Origin: a virus
DNA: 64,000 nt
Virus record (IMG/VR): IMGVR_UViG_3300025093_000011
Span: 49,199-113,198 of that record
Strand: one strand, 5' to 3'
A program made the position numbers and the translations under genes. How positions within the stretch are numbered: the stretch's first letter is position 1; each line of letters starts with the position of its first letter. Under the pieces are notes generated by a model. That model was not told the DNA's origin. It searched no databases and saw only the letters and a program-made list of their open reading frames with translations. Shown here piece after piece: positions 19,280 through 28,200 of this stretch.

Positions 19280-22200
19280 ATGATAAAGTGTACACTTGGA
19301 CAACCACAATTTGATTGGCTTTACGGTTCTACTAAAGCTGCAATAAAAGCTGAATTAGATAATGGTAAGTCTTTTAATGTTAGTTCATATATGGATTTCT
19401 TATATGAAAGAATTAAAAAGGCTGAAGATGCTGATAGAGCTGCTCAATTTTTAGCAGTTACTCCTGATATATTAGACCTTGTTATATCTAGAAATTATGC
19501 AGATAATATTGATAATATAACTGGAGTAGAGCAGTTAACTAAGTTAAGAGCTAAGTTCTCTAATCCTGAAAGTAACATTGATAATGTAATTGAATTTTTT
19601 GAAAAAGATAATAAAGTTAATTTAGAAATAAATAAACAAAATAAAATCAATACTAAAGGAGCTACAGTAAATAAAGTTGATACTAAATATAAATCAGGTG
19701 GTCCAAGACTTTTAGCTAATACAATTTTATCTGCAACTTTTCCTGAGTATAAATCTGAAGGAGGAAAGTTTGATCCAGAAACTATTAATCCTGAAAGAAA
19801 TCTTATAAATAAAACATTAAGTAAGATAGCTGAGTCAATTGATTTACAAAGTTCTCTTTTGCAGTTTCCTGAATATCAAGGTAAGAAGATTGCACTTAGA
19901 GCAGTTAACATGTCTAGTTTTACTTATGGTGGTACAGCAGAAGGTAGAACTAACTTTAGTAAATTAGATTCTACTACACAAGATGAGATCATGAGATCTA
20001 GAAAATTATCTAGTGCTGCTATAGCTAAATCTGATGTGACTCAAGTTAACAAAAGAGCTTTAATTGTAGTCATTGATGCAGAGACTGGTAAACCTTTGTC
20101 ATTTAATTTTAATGGAGATATTGTTGATTCTAAAGATATAAATGGAAAATATGTTTTTCAGTTTATGAGAGACATACAAAAAGTTGGAAATACTTATACT
20201 GTAAAAGATATTTATGGTATAGAAGATAGAGTTGATACATCAAACGTTGACCAAAAAGACCTTGAAGATGCTTATAAGTTAAAACAAAAAGCTTTAAGAG
20301 GTGATGGTGTAGTTCTAAACTTTTTAGGAATGACAGAAGGTGTAGATTCACAACTTACTAAAAAAGAGTTTAGTCTTAAAGAGCTTATGGATCAAGGACA
20401 GATAAAGGAAAAAGACTTAAGTACTTTAAAAGTTTTACCTAAAGATTCTTTTGGTTTTAAAGCTGGATCAACTGTTATAAAAATTAACGGTACTTATTAT
20501 AAGTTAAAAGGAAATAGAGTAACACCTGTAGTAGATCAAATTATAGATGTGCTCTTTTCTAAAAAGGTTGGAAGAAAACAGAAGATTGAATTCTATTCTC
20601 AGTTTATTCCGGAAAATAATAAACATAGATTAACTTATACAGCAAGGAGACATGTTATAACACCACTGAAAAACGGTAGAATAGCAATACAAATATTTGA
20701 TAAAGTTGCTAAAACAGAAGAAGGTTGGCCGACTGTTGATGGTAAAACAGAAGGTTTAACACATACTTTCTTTATTGCTGAAAACGGAGATGTAATTGAT
20801 AAAACTCCTATGGGTGAAGTTGTAGTTACTAATCCTGAATCAGTAGAAGAACTAAAAAATATATTTAGAGATGCATTAAATAATGCTTATGCTCCACCAA
20901 AAGGAGGTGCTAGTTTTATGCATTATGATACAGATCTTATAGAGAGACCTAATGACTTTTTAGAATATAGAGATGGAAAATTCCCATCTAGAAACTATAT
21001 AGATTTTTTAATGTCTCAACCTTCTATAGTAGAAATACAAGCTTCACAAAAAGGTTTCTTTAATAAGCAAATACTATTTGAAGAATCAAATAAAGAAGTT
21101 AAAAAGGAAGATCCTAATGCAGATCTTATGGGTCCTAAAAGAACTTTAAGTGCAGAAGAATTAGCATTGATTGACCTTTCTGAAAATTTAGAAAAGTATA
21201 GAAAACTTTTACCAAAACAAACTACAGAAAACTATGCTGTTCTTTCATATATTTTAGATCAAGTAACTGGAAATAGATATAGTGAACAACTTGCTAGAGA
21301 TGTATTTGATCTTTATAATGGGCCTTTACAAAATACTTTTACTAGTGCACAAGTAAAAGAATTTAATAGAAAGTTAAATAGTTTATTCCCACCTATTACA
21401 CCTGAGCAAAATAAAAAAGATATTGAAGATAATCAGGATGATATAAGTGGTCAAACATCTTTAGATCTTGATTTAGATAGATCTGGAAACTTAACTTCAG
21501 ATACTATTTCAAAAGAAGATTTAAAGAATGCAAATGACTTTTGGAAGAATAGTAAATTAGGTAAAAAGTTAAGTAAATATATTGAGCTTAACCGTGCTGC
21601 AAATATTGCAAACTCTGATGCATATGCAAAGTTCATTATTGATGGAGCACAATTATTAAATCCAGATGTCTTAGGTAGAATAGACATAAATAAAGCTAAG
21701 GGAACTTTAGTAGATGTGTATCATGAAGCTTTTCATGGATTTACACAGCTGTTTTTATCTAAACAAGAAAAGATTGATTTATATAATGCTGTTTTAAATT
21801 ATAAAGATAAGTCTGGAAGAAAGCCTTATGAAAATATGAGTGAGTTAGAAATTGAAGAATTTCTTGCAGAAGACTTCAGAACTTACATGAAAGGTAACTA
21901 TAAAAGAAAAAGCACTTTAATAAATAGAATTTTTAGAAGAATCTTAAATATTTTAAAAGCTATATTTGGTGTAAAAAGTAAACCAGTTGTATCTAGCTTA
22001 AAGGTTGATGCAATGGCTATACCTGCTGTAAATGAACTTTATACAAAACTTAATTTTTCTGAAAAGTATCCTGGCTTTTTAAATAAGTATAAAGCTAGTA
22101 TAGATAATGTTATGTTTTATCAACTAGACCGTGGTGTTACTGCTGTTGATAAATTAAAGAATGAAAAATATAGAAGAACTGTATTATCTAAACAAGATTC

Positions 22201-25200
22201 TGACTTTATGTCTAGTAATATAGATTCTATCATATCAGAAGAAATTGATAAGTTTTACGATGTTAAAGTTGGTAAGTCAACAAATTCAGAATTAATTGCT
22301 AAATATAAAGGAGCTAATATATCTGCTTTATTAAAACCAGGAAATAGAGCACAGATTTATAAAGAAGTTTTAAAAAGATTAAAAGACACTTTAGCTGAGT
22401 TGACTGATAAACATTCTACTAGTGAAAACACTATAAGTAAAATAGAAGATTTTGAAGGAATAGAAACTGCTGCCGTTGCAACCTTAGTAGTAAATGAAGA
22501 CGACTCTACTAAAGATCCTAATAAATATTTTTTCTTAAGTTCTCAAATTGATTCATTTGATAATCTAACTCCTAATATGAAAAGAGGAGATAGAATTAAA
22601 GGTGAAACTTGGCAAGGTGTTAAAATAGTAGGTGATTACTATGTGCATAATACTATTAAAGATGGTAGCAATAGAAAAGCAGAAATAATTGTAATATCTG
22701 AATTAGAAGATGCTGAAATTCAATTTGATAATTATATAAAAGCTGGTGCAAAAAAATATGAGAGAGTAGATGTTAAAGAAGCTACAGAGCCTGAATTAAC
22801 AATTGAAGATGAGAATGTTTTAAATAACATGCGTCTTTTAGAAACCTCAATAAAAAACTTTGGTGATCCTTTCTATGAATCAAAAGGTGGTAAACCCACA
22901 GGTCTTATTAAATATCATTTACAAAATTCAGATTTTGAATTTGGTAAAGTTAAGTATGTTGTTGAGGAAGAAGTAAATGAAAAAGGAGATGAATTAGGAG
23001 AATCAGACTCACCAGTATCTGAAGGTCTTGAAAGTATGGATCCTGAATATTATGATAATAAAAAGTCATTATATGATTTAGCAGATAGTGAAGTTATTTA
23101 TCTACTAAAAGGATTATTTAAAGTTGATTCTAATGGAAAGCCTATAAAGAATTCTTTAGGATTTAATGAAAGAGAAGACTTTAGAAGTACTTGGAACTTG
23201 GTTTCTAAAAGTATTGGAGGTATTCAAGATAGACAAAAAGCATTTGATATTTTAAAAGAAGAAGCAGAATTATTTCCTGCTTTAAAACAATTAGTTGATT
23301 ATAAACTGCCAGGCCCAGAAGGTATTAAGAATACTTATGCATTTGATATTAGCTCATCTTTTTGGCATACATTTGCTAGACCATCTGCAAAGTTTTGGCA
23401 AGTATCAGTTATAGAGGGTGAACCTGTACTACAAGAATCTTCTCCAGCAGCAGCTAAAGTATTAACTAATTTTAAAAGTTACTTTAAAAGCTTTCCTAAT
23501 CCTTATGTTAAAGATCAAACTTTAAACTTAGAGAAGCTTGTTAAGTCTTTTAGCAATAACAATGGAGAGATTAACTCTAAAGATTTTAAAAGTTTTTTAA
23601 ATGCTTTAGGTATTATTCTTGACAATACTAAAAAAATTAATACTGCAATAGATAACTCTGATGTTCAAATAAATAAATTATTTGATTTAGTTAAAGACAT
23701 AGAAACTATTTCGCAAAAAGAAACTTTAAGTAAGAATGAAAAAATACTAGTAAGTAGATTTACACAAGATCCTATTACTACATTACAAACTTTAGAATGG
23801 AGTAAATTTATGTATTTACTTCCTAGTTTTAAAACAGTTCAGATATTAGCACCAGTATCAACTATTAATTTATTTGCTAATTTGCAGTCTAAGTATGGAT
23901 TTGATTCTCCTGTAGAAAATATAATTCTTCCTGATGGCAATAAAGCTTTTGCTGTTACAAATCATAGTTCAGTTAGTTCTATGGTAGATGGTATAAATAA
24001 TTTAGATGAATTAGATAATGCTTGGGCAGATACTAATTCACATATGTCTTTTCTAGATCCTTCTAAAAACTTCTTTACAAATAGGTCAAAACTAATAGCA
24101 TCTATTTTTGATCCAGTTACCGGTAAAAAAATTAAAGGTAGAGAATTAAACTTTTTAGCTTTTGCAGGTTTAGAAGTGGTTGATGAAATGGTTGCTCAGG
24201 GAATTAATACTCCAGATCTAGTTCCTATAGATAAATTTTACTTAGCATATAATACAATGATGCAAAAAGGAATTGGTGAGTTTATTAGACATGCTGAGAA
24301 AAGAATGGCTTTTGGTATAGCACCAAATGAAAAAAGTCAAGTGATTTTAGATAATGGTTTAAAGTCCGGGACAGATGGTCTATGGATTTCTAAAGATTTA
24401 TTTCAAAATGAATTAGAAGTTAGTGAAGGTGAGTTAATGGCTATTGAAGGTTACTTACTAGATTATATAGGTGTTGAGTTTGATAGAATTAGTTTCTTTA
24501 AAAAGAATCCAGAAGTATTGAAAAATACAATAGGATTTAATAGAGATGTAAGAGGTACTAAAGCTGGTTTAACTTTTGGTTTAACAGATGATCTTTTAAC
24601 TAAAGATATTAAAAAGACTTTAACTGGATTAGCTGAAACTTTAGATGAGAATGAAGACATTGTTGAATACATAAAAGCAGATTCTAAACTTTATGATGAA
24701 ATTTCAAAAAGCATCACAAATTATTTTAATCAAGTAGCAGAAGAAACTTATAAAAACTATGTAAGTAAAATAAAATCTATACCTCAAGACATGGTTTCAG
24801 TAAAAGCTTTTGTCTATAATGATTACATTAATAAGTTTGAAATGTTTAATCTAATACATGGTGATGCTGTTCAGTTTAATCATAGTAAAGAACAAGCTAC
24901 TAAACGTGCACCAGGTTCTACATCTAATGGAGATAGCTTTGTTTATGATGAGTATGCACAAGACTTTATTAATCAGGTGTTTCAGGGAGAAAATGTTAAC
25001 ACATATGCTAAAGAGCTTAGTAAAGAACTAGATGATGAAACTATACAAGACTTTAACTTTGATGGTACTCTTAATACAGGAGTTATAAAAGACCCTAAAA
25101 GAAAGACTGTATATATGGATGAACTAGTTGAGGGTTGGACAGAAGCTTATGAAAAAGCAGGACTGACTCCACAGGAAATAAAATACAGACTTGAAAAAGA

Positions 25201-28200
25201 TCGTGATCCATATGAAGGAATTGAAGAAGCTGATGGAGCTGCATTTGCAACGTTAGATGCATACAGGATGCTTAAAAAATTAGGAGGTCCAAATGAATGG
25301 ACTAGTGAACAAGAAAACTTATATCAGCAAGTAATTAAAGGTGAAGATACTGATCCATTAAAAGTAAAGGAAGCATTTCCGGTTTATAAACTGCATTATT
25401 ATGGTCCCTTAATGAACAGTGAAATTAATACAACTCTTATGTATAAATTTGCTGTTGCACCTATCATACCTACAATTGCTAAATCAGATACAGAATTGTA
25501 TAAATTGCAGAAGTACATGATTGAAAATAATTTTCAAATGATTACAATGAGTACTGGTTCAAAAGTATCTACTTTAACAATGAATGGTGAATTTGATGAT
25601 ATATATCTACCTTCTGATAATGATTATTTTAAAGATAAATATATTAATCCAAATGCTAAATTAGCAAATAATAAGATTCATATTAGATATTTAAAAAATG
25701 TTACTAAGGTAGCATCTAAATTAAAAAAGACTATAACTAAACCAACTCAAGAAAGAATAATGACCATTAGTGGTTTATTCAAAGAAGGTGAAATTAATGA
25801 TAAACATAGAGAATTTTATAATGAATATAAGAATGCTGTTGATGCTTTAACAGATGCCTATGAACAAGAATTTTTAGATGAGATTGGTTATGAATTTAAA
25901 GATGGTAAATATGTCGGTAAGCTAGATAACTTAATAAGAGTTATAAGAGATGAGCTTGAATTAAAAGATGTACCTGTACAATTACGAGCTGCACTAGATG
26001 TAGATCTTAATGAACAACTTAGTAAAGATTTTTCATTACATCCTGAAGCAGGGTTAGTTGAAAAAATTGTAATTAATAGAATAGCAAAAGCACTTGTAAG
26101 ACAAAAAGTAAAAGGAGAAAAAGACATACAAGTTCCAAGTACTTTTTATAATGGACTATGGAGTTCTGAATATGAACAGGATCCAAAGATTATTAATGAT
26201 CCTAAAGAAATAAAAAAGTTTTTAGGTAGTAATAATTTACCTAGTTATAGAAGAGGTGATATATTAAAAGGTAAAAACGGTAAGATATTAAAAGATAAAG
26301 ATGGATATCCTCTAAGAGAAAAAACAAAGTTAGCTAAAATTGCTGTTTCTATTAACCATGGTGATTTTATTAATTTATTAAACCTTGAATACAAAGGTAA
26401 AAAGATTGGAACAAGACAAAACTTAAATAAACTTATAAAAGATGATAAGTTTTTAGAAGAGCATGGTGATAAAGTTAGAATAACAGGACCTAGGATTCCT
26501 GTAGATGATTTGAATCTAAAGGATGGTTTTGAAGTGTGGCACTTTTTAGATGCTTCTTCTGCTAATACTGTAGTAGTTCCTACAGAAATTGTTGCAAAAG
26601 AAGGTTCTGACTTTGATGTTGATGCATTATTTTTATCTTTCCCTACTATAAATAAAGATGGATCTTTTCCAATTAAAGTTGACTTTAAGAAAGAGTATGC
26701 AAAACTAAAGGCAGAAAATAAAAGTACTAAAGCATTAATTGAAAACCAAATAGGTTATGCTCAAAATGAATTAATTAGAACTGAGCTAAATATATTAACA
26801 TTAGCAGACAACTATGCAAATCTTACAAAACCAAATGCAACTTATCTAATATCTGATGAAGCTGAAGGTTTTTATAAAGAGTATGCTCAAGAGTTTGATC
26901 CTTTAGCTAATAAGAATACTACAGAAAGATATGTTAGTCCTACAACAGTAACTAATATTAATTATGATGTTAATAAGTTTGCTCAGTTATTAGGAGGTGC
27001 TAAACCTTTAGGGATGCTTGCTAAGAAAAAGAAACAACATGTTCTATATAAATATGCAGGTATGGCAATGCCTGGACAAATTCTTATTGATGATGATGTT
27101 TCATATAATTATGTACCTAACTTTAAGTTTGAATATCAAAAAACATCTGATGGTAGAATATCTTTTTCTCACGAGAATTCTGTAACAAATCAAGATATTT
27201 CAACTACATTTTCTCATAGCTTTCAAGGAGTTCTTGATAGAGGAAATAACCCATTCCCTGCATATGTGAACTTTACAAAAGATTCACTTCCTGTATTTAA
27301 TAGAATGTTAGAATCAGGAATAGATAAAAGCATTGCTTTAGCACTTATAAACCAACCAATAATTAAAAGGTTTCTTAATGATTTAAATGAAACTAAAGGT
27401 ATAGTGGCTGTATTAAATGGTCAGCAAAGCACTAAAGGTGAAGTTTTAGAAAACATTTTATTAGGTCTTTCAGATAATTTAAGAGCTATTGTATATAATG
27501 CAGTGGATGTTGCTAATGAAAACAGACTTGATAAAATATTAGATAGCAATGAGGTATCTGCACTAGATGGTAAGTTTTCTGTAAAATATCTTGATGGTTA
27601 CACTGAACAAACCGAATGGAAAACTTATAAAACTCTAAAGGGTTTAAAAACTTTCATTAAGAAAAATTCAGATAATAGTTATGAACTTGTTATTAATGAA
27701 AGTAAACTAGGAAATAAAACTAGAGTTTATCAAGAAAAAGGTTTAAGATTTTTTGCTTGGTCACCTAATGAGTTGGCAGATGTTTTATGGAAAGATTCAT
27801 ATGGTAGTAATGCTCCTACTGTAGAAGAGTTACAAAATAATATTTCTAAACTTGAACCAATTGCTTCTCAAAAATATTTGATGGATCAAGCTGCTTTATT
27901 ACTTTACTTTTTACAAATTCAAAACTTGTCTTCAGATTTTGAACAGTTTGAAATTGACTTTAATCCAGATACTAGTATTTTAGATACTATGGCTTCATTA
28001 GATATTTATGAAAGAAATTTAAATAGATTACTGAAGGATCCTTTTAGTAAATTAGATACAGCTGGTGCTAATAGATTAATGAAAGAGTCAGTTTTATCTT
28101 CAATGAATAAGTATGAGATTTATAAAGATATAGTAATTCCTTTATTTCCATTAAGATTAAATTCTAGAATAAACTTCTTCTTAGTAAATTCTCTTTTGGA

